DNA of 64,000 bases. Source: Ruditapes philippinarum. Lineage: Eukaryota. A program made the position numbers and the translations under genes. A model generated the notes under the pieces. It was not told where the DNA came from. It was given only the letters and a program-made list of their open reading frames with translations, and did not search any database. Location of the stretch: the NCBI RefSeq assembly GCF_026571515.1, contig NW_026863344.1, positions 1-64,000 on the forward strand. The letters run 5' to 3'. Position 1 is the stretch's first letter. Each line of letters starts with the position of its first letter. Positions 13,619-34,561 of this stretch are shown piece by piece.

Positions 13619-14787
13619 ACGACTGTAGTCTTTATGGATATAATGATATCATTGAAAGTGACGCAAACAATAGTCATACAAACTTGTTTATTAAGAAAAA
13701 AGAAAACAGTTTTGTAGTCTAGATCTAAGTTTTAAGCAATACTTACGCATTGTTTTTTGTTATGTTTTCAAAGGTATATAATCTTATTCTATAGGACTTG
13801 AACTTTGTGTAAATAGATACTGATTGAAGAATGTATTTTATGGATAAAATTATGAAGAAAAGGGAAAAATGAATATTAATACAGGAATGTAATTAGTCAA
13901 TAAGTTTAAGATGTAAAACTAGAATTAGTTTGGTCAATACTAATATTAAAGAAAGAAATAAATATGTAAAAATACATTGGATTATTATTATTATTTTGAT
14001 AATTAAAACTTTTAATGTTAAGAATAACATTTTCTTCATTTTCATCACGTGTTTTTGTTTGTCATAGCATAATACTTTTTATTTCATAGCATAATAGTTT
14101 TATTATTTCATAGACATTTGTTATACAATGAAGACAAACTGTAAAAGGTATTATTTATGAATATGTTTAACTTATACATGTACATAGTTATTTTGTTAAG
14201 GAAAAGAATAATATGACATAAATTCGTTAGTAATTCAACATACGAAGTAAATATTGTTTTGATTCCTTTATGTAAATATGTTTTGTACAAATTTTTAATG
14301 TTGTTACTAAATAAAAAATATTTTCTGTGCATCGTTGTGTTTTTTTTTCTTTACAAAAAACTTTTTATATAACATACTTCCTGAATTACTTATTTATAAA
14401 CGGAAAAACAACAACAAATCAACAACAGATTAACAAAAATTTTACTGAGATTCAAGTCCTTACTGCAATGCAGTTTGCGTTTGTGGTAATATACTGATAA
14501 CTGATTTAACTCACCAGCCACTGCCGCGGATTCGAACTTTTTATAGGAACCATGATCTGTCGTCTTACCAAGCTAGCACTAGAAAGATCATTTGTTATTC
14601 CGAGCTGTTTATTCATTTACTATATAACGGCATTCACAACTGAAAGTAAAATCGATGAGACAAAGATCTTAGCATATGTTAGATTTACCTCCAGTATCAA
14701 CCAAGGCAACAGACGGAATTTATTCGTAATACCCTTTTAGAACATTACATACAGCCGTAACATTAAGAACGTTTCGTGTTACGTGTT

Positions 14788-15771
14788 ATATAGGGTTAAC
14801 GCACGTTTTTCCGTGTTATAACGTCTGCAGAGTCTCGAGGAACGGTTGGTGCCCGAGCCCGGTAGGGCGAGGGCTCCAACAGTTCTGAGGGACTCTGCAG
14901 ACTTTATAACACGAAATAAACGTGCGTTGACGCTATTATAGCATAAAATTTTAAAACAGATTCATGATGTATATTTAATACAAAACACAATACATTAAAT
15001 CCTTGTGCTTGGACGGTATTTATCCAATTCTACATGTTTTACGTATGCCTTTTATTTTTCCGGGGCCAACAACGAACCGAACGAAATTTTGAATTTAAAT
15101 TGATATTATAAAGCTTGACATTGGAGAGATATTATCTCAAGGAAAAAAACAACGTTACATTACTCTACCCAATACAAAACATGGCCCTCAGAAATTTTTA
15201 GAATGATATCAGATTGACAGTAGAAAAAAGATCAGTGACGTCATCAGAATCGGGTTTTTTTAAGCACACAAGTTTATAAATAAAAAATCAGGCACTAAAC
15301 ATTATTCTCTCAAAGAAATATAAAGCGCATTTATCAACATAAGCATCAATAAAACAACATGTTCTCATATTCATTTGTGTTATCTTGTTTTGTAAGTTAA
15401 TCGGAGGGTTAAACTGAATGCCAGTAATTTGTTTACATTGACAACTGTCCGTTTCTTAGAAAGGGCGACAACCAAGATTAGCAACGATGTTTATACGCCG
15501 TATTTCCGGCATAGTTACTTGAATGCTGCTCGCCGTATTTAATGCGATTGAGGCCCTCGAATCCATAATTTCAATATAACAAGAGCGCATGACTCTTTGG
15601 CAAACAGGCCAAATCGTCATTTAGTTTTTTTTTTTTTTTACTGGGCCCTGTATGTATTGCGCATAGGTGAAACCGGGCTATAACAAGAGCGCGTGACTAT
15701 GTTAACACATGGTTTTGGTCCCGTTATAACATGGGCAAAATAGGGGAAAATAGCCGATTTTATGCTATAAT
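14788..15771 (+). mobile_element. ~980 bp non-autonomous element with a terminal ~145 bp hairpin (Crypton-like architecture), copy 1
   Basis: Hairpin 14791-14935 with GC-rich apex CCCGAGCCCGGTAGGGCGAGGG; inner TTATAGCATAAAAT is inverted at the far end (ATTTTATGCTATAA); near-identical reverse-complement copy at 48330-49313. Superfamily assignment is inference. Confidence 0.85.
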
Positions 15772-16615
15772 ACCAGATAACATACGGGGTTTCTTCCAAA
15801 AGATACATTTGTGACAATTATTTGTAGCAGAATATTTACACATGTATATAATAAAATATAGTTCTTAGAAAAAACTATTTACATTTGACACGCGTGCGTT
15901 TTGCAAGGCCAAATCTTAAGAAAGATTGAGTGAGATACATTTAGTAAACGAACGGACAAAAAAAAACCCCAATGAATTAGGTTACATTTAAATGGCCATT
16001 GTATTATAAAATTCCTCTTATTTTAACTAGTATATTCGCAACCGTAAATTACAATGTAATAATGTTTCGTGGTCGACTAATATTTTATACAGGACGTATT
16101 TGTGCACGTGGTTGATGTTGGCAGTAAATATAGCAAAATATATACAAGCATGTACATTGTACATTATAATATAATGCACGTGTAACCTTGAATAATAAGA
16201 GAAGACATGCGTCTTTTAGAGTTCAGATACAAAATTATGTATTTTATTGAAAGTTTTTTTTTTGTTCTTGTTACCTACATAAACAGAATGTGGCTCTTTT
16301 GCAAGAGGAGTAATAAAGATGACTTGAATATTTTATAAAGCAAGAGTTACATCCCATTAACTAGTATTTCTATATATATTACGCACATGAATCATTCAGT
16401 TGACATATGATTATGCCCTGTATGGTCACATACGGGTACTTATAATACAAAGAAAGTCTGAACTTTTGCATTGTTATATCGAAAAATAGCCTAACTATCA
16501 CAGACATACATAAAAAACATTAAAATCCTCCTCCAAAATTTATTTTAAAAATAGGATACTCATCATAAGATGGTTTTTAGTTTTTTTTCTTTCGTTATAT
16601 GTAAACATAAGTATA

Positions 16616-16823
16616 TTTGAGCCGCGTCACGACAAAACCAACATAATGCGCATCCGCGCAGTCTGATCAGGATCCATGCTGTTCGCTTACAGACCCTTTA
16701 ACAAGTAGAGAAACTGATAGCGAACAGCATGGATCCTGATCAGACTGCGCGGATGCGCAGGCTGGTCTGGATCCATGCTGGTCGCAAACCCATTATGTTG
16801 GTTTTGTCGTGACGCGGCTTATT
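16616..16823. mobile_element. Palindromic MITE
   Basis: TIR GAGCCGCGTCACGACAAAACCAACATAATG and its reverse complement; inner inverted repeat GCGCATCCGCGCAGTCTGATCAGGATCCATGCTGTTCGCT. Confidence 0.85.
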
Positions 16824-17546
16824 TGTCGACGCAACCATGCACACTATATGTACATACACATGTACTTTTAAATGCATTTTTTTACTGTCAGATGTATTAT
16901 TCACTGGATGCTAACTCTGTGTGTTAAACAATATACCTATAAGTCTGGACATGTTCAGACAATAATGTGACGAACAGATAAGCGACTTTATTCAATCTAT
17001 CAACTTTAAGATTACACAAAAATGGGTCTCGCGATCATGTGAGCATACACCTTGTTATGATAAATTGAGAGGACATAAATGTAAGTGATTTATTTTGTAT
17101 CTTTTAAACATTTTAATACAAATTTGTTCTACAATTATACACCTGTTACCAGAGATGTAGATAACATAAATGTTATCTATGTCTCTGCTTTTACTTTATA
17201 CTTTCTGAATGTTTTTGTTACTTTGTTACTTCGTATATTCACATATTATGTTATATTATGTATGAGCAACAGTATGAATATATAAAACATCGTTTTCTTT
17301 ACATAACAGAGAAAAAATCATTGATATTCTAACTGAGGAACTATATTTCATTCTATCTTTTATATAGCAAGTGTAACTTTTTTTTCGTCAATTAATTTTA
17401 TATTGAAGAGCTGAAATGTGTTCCAAAAAGTTGTTTTTTAGTTAGCATACTAAGTATTTCACAACTGCATATACCACCTCGGACAGGATTTCAGTTACGC
17501 ACTTTACAATATTAATTGATATATTCTATTCTAGGAAGACTGTAAT

Positions 17547-17806
17547 TACGGTGACATAAAAGGGCCATCAGAAATATTTTTTATTTTCCACGTGCGCACG
17601 CGATAGCTACTATGTGCGCACGCGATATCTACCATGTGCGTACGCGATAGCTACTACTAGTACTTGCGCACGCGATAGCAATTACGTGCGCACGTAATGA
17701 TTGTCCAGACGCAGGGACTATCGCGTGCGCACGTAGTAGCTATTGCGTGCGCACGTAGTTGCTATCGCGTGCGCACATGATCTGACGATTCCTCTATGCC
17801 ACCGTA
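17547..17806. mobile_element. TA-flanked MITE with internal GTGCGCACGCGATAGCTACTA repeats in two orientations
   Basis: Termini TACGGTGACATA / TATGCCACCGTA; ~22 bp internal units switch orientation near 17710. Confidence 0.8.
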
Positions 17807-18213
17807 AGACTGTATATTCTGGAATATTATATCTATAACGATATAAATATATAACCTCTTTCCCCAGTTGATAAGTGTATTTTCATATGATGATAACATA
17901 AATTTGACCCGAAATGGTTTATTTAGGTTTATTTTCAATTTTCACCAGAGACTTATTTATTCGTTAATAAGCATTATTACAGTTCAAATAGGACTTCACT
18001 GTATCCCGTCTTGCAAGCCTGTTCAATCCAAAGTGTACCATGACTTGCGATTACAAACACTTTACTTGTTACTTCCGTTTACTGTACCGTGTTTGATAGC
18101 CTTTATAATTTAACATGTTCTTTTTTTTGCGATAATAGAAATTGAATAGAATTGTTTATAAAAATGTTCTTATGTTAATGGTCTAATTTGGTTTTACAGA
18201 TCTAACGGTTACA

Positions 18214-21200
18214 ATGATTTTGAGAGTTTTGCTAGCCATATCGCTGTGTGCTGTAGGCCAAGGACTAGACAATGGTTTGGCTTTGACGCCACCTATGGGC
18301 TGGTTGTCATGGGAACGTTATAGATGTAATATCGACTGTGACAATGACCCCGACAATTGTATCAGGTACCATTTTCATTTGCTTATAAGTTTTGAGTTGG
18401 TCAACCGCACAATTATCATCAGGACCATGTGATATTTCTGCTTTACACATAAAGAAATGCATGAGCCAACCCTGCCGTATACGTAAGTCACTGTGAAGTA
18501 GGCTTTCTTGATTAGAATAGTAAGCTTGATTCACAGAATAATCTTATATTCATTTGGACCAAGAATAGTACCCTTTTAAATTAACCTATCTAAATGTATT
18601 GGGTTAAATTTGTGGATGTTATTATCTATGCCTACATAATTTACAGCGAGAATTTGTACATGGCAATGGCTGACGCAATGGTATCGGAAGGTTACAAGGA
18701 TAAAGGTTACGAGTACGTGAACGTAGATGATTGCTGGATGGAGAAAGAACGGGACGCCAATGGTACACTTGTAGCAGATAGAAAACGATTTCCACATGGC
18801 ATGAAATGGCTTGCTGATTACGTATGTATCATTTCCACATTGTGTGTGTTTTTTGTTTGTTTTCATTTTGCTTGATCAGCTTATGGATCCATCACTTGTT
18901 TTGGCCTCACTATTTTTTTTGCAGGTGTATTTGCTTTTACCATATGCTGATAAAAAACAAAGCATTCCAACACTGCATGAAATGACTATTATGATTATTT
19001 ACACAGATGGGTTCATATCACTTTCAAATTACAATGCATTCACGGATTGAATTTCGTTTATCTGAAGTCATTAAAATTTCAATTTTTTGATATCAGATAA
19101 TGGATGTTTTTCTTTTACTTATAAACAGACTTCATGAGTGTGGGTATTATTTCAAAGGGCAAGCATGTTTTATTTTAATTTCATTCATTTGTTTGCTTTC
19201 TTAAATGATATATTTTGGCTATTAGATTTCCCTTTTGCGTTTGCTGTATACTTGTGTATGTTATAATGTCTTAATTGAAACGAAAAAGCATGCATTTGTT
19301 TGTCTATAAATCTAGATGCATGCTAAAGGTTTGAAGCTCGGTATATATGAAGATTTTGGAACCTTTACATGCGGGGGTTACCCTGGAAGCAAATTCTATC
19401 TTGAAAAGGACGCCGACACGTTTGCGTCTTGGGGAATAGATATGGTCAAACTGGACGGATGCTACTCTGATATTGAAGATATGGAATATGGTTAGAAAAA
19501 ATTATTATTGCATTACTTCATGGACTCTGTCCAATTGTCTTATGAAACGTCTTTAGTGGAACATTTAGAATATCGAAATATGCCAAAACGGTGCTTCAGT
19601 TTTTTAAGCTGTTTTTACGTTTTATGATGATCAATATCTTGATGCCAGAAAACCGGACACATGTTTGAGTATACATTGCAACACGACCCCGTGGCACAAA
19701 ACGCTATTACATTTAAAGCTGAACTGCTACTTGGTCTGAATATTTCCAAACTTGAAGTTTTAACTGTTTAATTTTTCGAAACTATTATCATAAATAAAAA
19801 TTATTGCTAAGAAAAGCAAATCAATTTCCATACAATTTATGAACAATCTACATGTATACCTAATTAATAGAACAACAGCAGATGAAAACTAGTCTTCTAT
19901 TTTAATTTGAGAGACGACTAGTTTTGTAAAAGTTTATCCATTTTGAAATTGCAATAATCTGATAATATATATTCTCCGTTATAGATGATAATATGTCTTC
20001 TCTCTTATAGGTTATCCCGCGATGTCATTCTTCTTGAATCAAACTGGGCGTCCAATGTTGTACTCCTGTAGTTGGCCAGCATATGTTGTCTTCTATCAAA
20101 AAATAGTAACTTGAATTTATGATTATACTCTTTAAACTGTATAACATTGTATTACAGTGTTAGCTGATTTAAAATTTCGTTACTTGAAAAAGTTCAGCTT
20201 TCAGTATTATATTTTGCATCAAAATCGGAAAGAAGTTGCAATACAGTATAACCTTTGCAGAGCAGCACCGTTTGGGAGACACAGAATTTGGTTGGTGGTG
20301 AGAAGTGTTGCTCTTGAGGTGTTAATTTTCGAGCAAAGTCTTATTTTGGGAAGAACTGAAAAGTTCTGGTGTTGTAAACAACTAATTGCTCGACAGAAAG
20401 TCGTTGTGCAGAGGTTGAACTGTACTGTTTGAATTCAAGCAATGAGAAAATGATACTAAACTATAAGCAGAATTCATGCAAAAGTTGTAAAAAAAACTGT
20501 TAAGCTGTTGATACGTCCATTTTAAAGCTGCACTTTGGTATGCATTATCTTATGACATGTTTTTTTTGTCAATGAAAATAATGTAAAAGGCTATGAAATA
20601 ATGTTTTATGAAATAATTTATAACACAATATTTTTCTTTGGTTGAGAGTACATGTACTATGAAATACTGGTTGAGAATACATGTCTTATGAAATACTGGT
20701 TGAGAATACATGTACTATGAAATACTGGTTGAGAATACATGTACTATGAAATACTGGTTGAGAATACATGTACTATGAAATACTGGTTGAGAATACATGT
20801 ACTATGAAATACTGGTTGAGAATACATGTACTATGAAATACTAACTAATTTTTCAGCCTGACTATAAGAAGATTGCTAGTTATTGTAACATCTGGAGAAA
20901 CTATGCAGATATACAAGATTCCTGGGACAGTGTTAGAGGGATTATAGAATTCTATGGTAACGATACTGGAAACTTCAGTCTTGTTGCCGGACCTGGAAAC
21001 TATAATGATCCGGACATGGTGAGTTGATCTTGTCGGCATTTTCTTAAAATCCATTTGTTAAAGGAACTCCACTGAGGTCCAATCGCCGAAAAACATAACA
21101 TTTGAATTTCTTACATAAATCACAAGGGACACTCCAAACAGAAAGATATACAGAAGTTAAAATAGAAATGTACTCAGAAATAAATCGAAAATCATATTTG

Positions 21201-23502
21201 TATGCTGATCTTAGCCCTATTTGAGTGATAAGCATTGCAACTATTTTCAATTTTGGGTCATTTTTCACAATTAGAATAATTATTCTGGAAGAATGGAGTG
21301 AGCAAATGGCTTGAAATTTTGCTCACAAGTTTTTTCAAAAACCCTAAGGGGAGTCCCTTTATTAACAATTGTGTTCACAACGTTTAAAACCAAAAAGGTT
21401 TGAAAATCGGGAGGACCGGCTTGAATTATCACATCGATGCTAATGGCAAATTCATCATCAACGAAATGTACAAGTGAAACATTGCATACGATTAGCGTTT
21501 AGCGTTATATAATTAAAGGTACTGCACTGAGGTTCAAAAGTAAAGCATAATTATTTTTATATAGATCAATTGGGGCAATTGAAACAGCAAATCATGCAAA
21601 AAAATAATTAGGAAATTTACTCGAATAATCTGAAATATTGGACACAAGTTACTGGTTTAGACTTTTGTCAAATGTAACAATATTCTCAAAAGAATATTTC
21701 TACTCATGTCATGTCAAGAAGCATCAGTCGAGTCCCTTTAGACCAAATACACGTGCATAAAGGGATTGCAAGCATTCACTAGAGAACATATTTAACTTTT
21801 AATTCTAGATGTTTTATGAAGTATTCACTTAAAATATGATTGCGATATGTTCATAAATATGCATCTTTGTCATTATGTGTCCTTTATTCTAGATCATTGT
21901 TGGTGACTATGGACTGAGTTACGATCAACAACGGGTACAGATGGCAATGTGGGCGATCATGGCCGCGCCTTTATTGATGTCAATAGATCTGAGGAACGTG
22001 AAACCGGAAACCAAAGCTTTGTTACAGAATGATTACATAATCATGATTAATCAAGACAAATATGGAAGCATGGGACGAAGAATTATGAAGGTGACTTTGT
22101 TCAATTCATTTTCAGTCTCGTCATCAATGTAAAGGTCAGATGGCAGTTTTCCGGACCTGCTGGTAGAGGTGCTCATTTGTGCATTATTTCAGATACGAAA
22201 ATACACCTGAAAAGATCCATAGACCTTCTGTATACATGTTTTACCGAATAGCTTCCGCACAGAAAATAATACTAAGTCCGCCTGTAGGCTTCGAAAACCG
22301 AGATTGGTAATAGGCATGCAGTCTGAAGTCATAACCACTCGGCAAAATATCTTTTATTATGTTCATAACAATAAAATGTAGTCATATATAAGGCACCCGC
22401 GTTTTTGTTTACGTTTTCAAGGGAGATAAATTTCATCAGCATCCAGGTGGAGTATTGCACTGGCCAGAGAAATTGATGAAATAAGGGAGTATCATGTCAT
22501 ATAATGGAAAGTTTTTATTTTAATTTTCTACACACGGCAAATGTGATAAATCCTTGTGTCCTGGTGGTTTTATCATAACAATATCATCAATTCGTGATTT
22601 TCAGTGTTGTATTTGAACAAAATTCTTTATTTTTCATAAATGCACAAATAATGATTTAATTTCAGAGTGGACCATATGAGGTCTGGACGAAAAAAATGGG
22701 ATTAGATGATAAAGGAATGGCATTTGCTTTCCTGAACTTAGATGACGCAGGAGGCCCAATCCCTGTATGTACTTAACATGTTTATTGCTTTCTAAATTTG
22801 CTATATGTTTTGTTTCGATGCTTATAATAAGTTTGTCCTTTCTGTTAAGTTTTTTTTCCTTTTTGTTAGTATTAAGGAAATAACAACTTTCTCTGGTTCA
22901 AGTCAATGATCTTACTTTGGCCAATTTAACAATTTTGAGCATGAAGAAGTCAAAATACGGAAATACACGTACACATGAACGATCGCATCTTCTCGGCCCT
23001 CGGATCAATAATAGCCGAGATGTCCCGGTTGGCACGTGCAAATACATAATTCATCTTTGTTTCTCAATGAATACAATGTTTTTTATAAAGTGCAAATATT
23101 AAAAAAAAAACATAATGTTTCCAAATGGTGACGATATACAGTAAAACCAATGTTTAGCAGCCACCTACAAATAGAACTGGTCTTCATATAGACTCATATA
23201 AACCGAGTGTGAAATTTTCACTTTAAAATCTTTTATTGCTCTATAGTGATGTCCCCCTTTCCAGTTTTTATTTCTCCATTTCATTTTTTAAAGGCCCTTT
23301 ATGTATTGTTTATATTCATATTCCGTTTCCTTTGCAGATAAGCATGCCGCTATACCAACTTGGTTTGAATATTGCCGAGGGGTATAACATCACTGAAGGT
23401 TTCACCGGAAAGTTCATTGGTACTCTAAAACCGCACGACATTCTCAACGCCACTGTAGACCCTTCTGGGGTGTGGCTGGGAGTAGCATATTTTGATTGCT
23501 AA
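18214..23502 (+). CDS. NAGA: Alpha-N-acetylgalactosaminidase (GH27), paralog A; 8 coding exons: 18214-18365, 18647-18821, 19316-19490, 20011-20105, 20857-21018, 21893-22090, 22666-22764, 23338-23502; 406 aa
   Basis: Signal peptide followed by [28 protein letters not shown] (nucleophile Asp), SCSWPAY (NAGA-type N-acetyl recognition loop), [14 protein letters not shown] (acid/base Asp), [10 protein letters not shown]. All introns GT-AG with consistent phases; 1221 nt CDS. Confidence 0.93.
20242..20424. mobile_element. Tc1/mariner-type MITE in NAGA-A intron 4
   Basis: TACAGTATAACCTTTGCA / TGCAGAGGTTGAACTGTA imperfect TIRs with TA ends. Confidence 0.55.
20640..20842. repeat. Minisatellite, 7 x 29 bp (GGTTGAGAATACATGTACTATGAAATACT)
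   Basis: Direct count of units; the last five are identical; the array ends 14 nt before NAGA-A coding exon 5. Confidence 0.95.
21058..21741. mobile_element. Kolobok-like non-autonomous element in NAGA-A intron 5
   Basis: TTAAAGGAACTCCACTGA at left, TCAGTCGAGTCCCTTTAG at right, and a second left-end-like motif TTAAAGGTACTGCACTGAGG at ~21513. Confidence 0.5.
22133..22345 (-). mobile_element. Degraded tRNA-derived SINE
   Basis: Remnants GTGCATTATTTCAG, AGCTTCC, TTCGAA and TAACCACTCGGC collinear with the intact copy at 55581-55809. Confidence 0.5.
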
Positions 23503-24277
23503 AATAATTGCATAAATTGTTTTTCATGAAGATTTATTTTGAAAGTTTCGAAATTGTTAAAAAATTAAATGTTAAGATTTTTGGCAAGTGGTTAATATAA
23601 GTATGATTTAAATTATCCATGATTTTTCAGAACATGAAAATTGTCTTTACTTGTTAGATAACAGAAGGTTGGTCATACATCAATGATCAATTCGACCATA
23701 GGTTATAAAGAACATTCAGAGAAAAAGTGTTGCTAAAATGAAAATATTTTACAGTGTTTTCATGGGGAAAGTGATTTTCATATATTTTCTAATTTGCATA
23801 TCGTCTGAAGATATTAAAATTATATTAATATATCACATAACTTATAATTGTATATTGTATATTCATGTCCTTCCTGTTTGTAAATAGATTTGAACTTGTT
23901 GCAAATTAGAGAGAATATGTTTTGATTTTTTTCTATGATTATGTCCCTTTCTATATAATTTTTTACATTAGTTTAAACATATCCATTTCCCGAATATATA
24001 TATACATTTACATATAATTATACATATACAATACAAATCAAACATTTTTATATTCAAGAAAATGAAAAATGAAATTAGACTGTACGAATGTGAGGTCTGG
24101 TTATAAAAAAAAACTGATCATCTCCGGTTTTAGCTGGTTAAGGATTTTACAATGACTTTACAATCCATACTTTATATCTTGACTGTCGACCAGGTAATGT
24201 GCAATAAAAATTGTAAAAAAAAACAAGATGTGACTTTTTGTTTATTGATGTAGGTAATCTAGTTTAAAAAAAAATTA

Positions 24278-24513
24278 GATTGGGTTTTACATCGCACTAA
24301 CACAGTAAAGGTCATACGGAGACTGTGGAGGAGGACCTCGGGTACCCCTCCGTGCATTATTTTAGACATGAGTAAAAACTTCCGAGTTCTAGCAAGCTGA
24401 CAGCTTCGTCACTTGAAAGAGTCTAAAAGTCCATGGCGGGATTCGAACCCACAGCGGCAAGGGGCAAATGGTTTGAAATTAACGACCTTAACCCCTCACC
24501 CAAGGACGCACCG
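24278..24513 (-). mobile_element. tRNA-derived SINE
   Basis: B box GGGTTCGAATCCC on the minus strand; body (CCGTGCATTATT, AGCTTC.TCAC.TGAAAGA) matches 55581-55809. Confidence 0.8.
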
Positions 24514-26532
24514 GCTAAATAAGTAATATTTGCATATCTTCAAAATTATTTGCTGTCTTAATAGTACTGGTATAATGTCATTGAATTTAAAAACAACAAC
24601 GTTTTGTACTTCAGCGATCGATTTTTTTTTAATTTCGTTTCAAAATTGTGTTATTTATTCAGTGGTTAAAGATTTCCACCGATCTGTATTCAGCAACATT
24701 GACCAATACTGCACTTTGAATGGTATGTTAAACAGTAGACATTTTCCTACGACCGGGTTATAATTATTTCAAGACCTTTTTTACAGTTTATTTGATAATT
24801 TTGATATTCTTCCTCTAATTTTAATTCTAATTCAACCGGCATGGTCATAAACATATCTTTAAATATGAGCTTGAAGGGTGGCTTGGCTTCTTTTGTATTA
24901 GATTTTTATACTCGAGCAAGGGTCACAATTAGGTCATTTCATCAGTGAAATTTAAATATGACATTGCATGCATGAAAAAGATAAAATAATATTAGTAAGT
25001 GGTAAAAATACGCAGCCATCTTGTAGTTAATATATAATCGGGTTTGGCATACAAAAATACTAGTATGTTTGTTTTCTGCATTCACATAAAGATATGCAAA
25101 TATAATGAATAATAAAAGTAACTAATACTTCATTGGGTACGCAAATTTTTCTTTTGCTTAAACTATGTAAATTTAACATCGCTTTTATTTGTAATATTTC
25201 TCATTTTAAACGATTCTTTACAAATTTGGACTTAATATTTGGGTCTTCATAATTCTCATATGCTAAGCTTGTTCTTTTTGATTGGTCAACGTGAATATTA
25301 CTTTCTTAAATAACTTTTCAAATGTCCGACCAATTACAAAGACAATAATGAGAACATACATTAATAATAATTATCATTCAATATCCATTACTGTAAGTTT
25401 TTGTTTGGATAATGGGATGTGCCTTACTGGGTTTCAGACTGAACTTGTGTATGTGTTTTAAACTGCAAGCTGTTGCAAAGAATAACATGGGATTTCGTCT
25501 ATATTTGACGTCATTATGAATAGCTTAGCTTTCCATATCATTACTGAGCTAAACTTCACGTTTCAAGAAACTACAGTTCCTTTTACAAATTTGGTAGATT
25601 TTTATAAATCTTGCTTTTGGCCGACAAAGACCAGTTACCAAGCAAAATAAGCTTGTTAGATGATTGAGCTTCTTGTGAGCATTGTATTAGCTAACAAAGT
25701 TATTTCCCTTTTGTTTCTTCAAAAAAACAAATAAATTTGCTATCATTATGTTGATTTTCTACACCGTTGCTAAAGGAAGTGTGCACTTGGTAACATAATG
25801 CAATACTTTGGTATCAACATTTGCAGACATGTATATTGGCCTAATAATAGTTTGTGATAGTTATCAGAATTTTGGTTTTGTGTACTTGGATGAAAAGTAA
25901 AAGATGCAGAATTGTGATTTGTTAATTTCTTCTCTCGATAAGGGACTGTTAATCAGTATTTGTTTAGTTCATGTCATCTATGGGTGTTCCATTTAGAAAT
26001 TTTAATATCCATAGGCAAGAACGCATACAATTTACAAAAGACACAATTCTGCAACTTTTATTTTTTCATCTCTCAGCTGTTTACATGTACTCGTAACCAA
26101 AGAACTGATGATAATAAAATTTCAATTAGATCTACACAATCGTGTAGTCATTAGATTTTTGCAAATTTTGTTACCAAATATGCTAATAATTTGCATAAAA
26201 AAGAATATAAAATTTCACTGTAACCAAATGAACACTTTCTGTTACTTCTCATTATAGTTTGAGTTACAAAACTGACACATTTAAGAAGTTACGTATATTC
26301 CAGTTTTGTTATAAAATGAAGATCTAAATAACTAAATTGTATAAATATTTAATGTTTTATTTCTTTTGTAAAGGTTGTATAAAATGTTATGTAAAATGTA
26401 TACAATTTCCTTCACTCGTTGTTTGTTTCAAAATGTTTATGTAAGAAAGAATGGACGGAATTATGAAAATAAATGTTTTTGTCATGTGACAGGATGTGAC
26501 GTCACGCAAGCACGTGGTGGTATCTATGCTGT

Positions 26533-33907
<7,375 letters not shown>

Positions 33908-34487
33908 GTTGATATGGTGTGTTTTAAATCTTCCCTGAATAAATTGCACTGGGTTCTTTACCCCTTGATGATAATTCTTCCGATTGCCGAAATGGACAGT
34001 CCGATGATTTATATCCGGGCGCTTTTGGATAGAATCACGTGGTCATATCAATGCGCGTTTTCGTTAAAGTAGTTCGGCGCGCGTTGGCAAAACAAATTTA
34101 AACATATATAAATATTGTTTCAACTCGTTAGATACATTGAATAAGATACAGTGTTGGTTATTTGTCTTGATTCATCATGACTTATCGTTTAATCTCAAGA
34201 TATTTTTTTTTCAAAATTGAGCTTTGGTATTTGAAGGCGGTAATATTCCTTGACTGACATAGAGATATGTTGGCACATGCATTACTTGCCTGACACTTTA
34301 TCATCAGATCACAGAATGGGGAATATTGTAATATTATTATTTTATTATTTAGGCGAAAGTAAAAAAGAACGCTGCACTTGGACAATGATCAAAGTCTTCT
34401 ATTAGAGTCTCAGGAAACTGGATGAAAAATAATTTTCATATAATTTAGTGCCTTATTTGATTATGTTGACCATACAATGGCAGTTTA

Positions 34488-34522
34488 TCATCACCGTCGT
34501 ATTTTTCGTCATCACTACTACT

Positions 34523-34561
<39 letters not shown>

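Noticed and set aside
20640-20842. 29 bp repeats as CRISPR
   Set aside because: No spacers; an intronic minisatellite.
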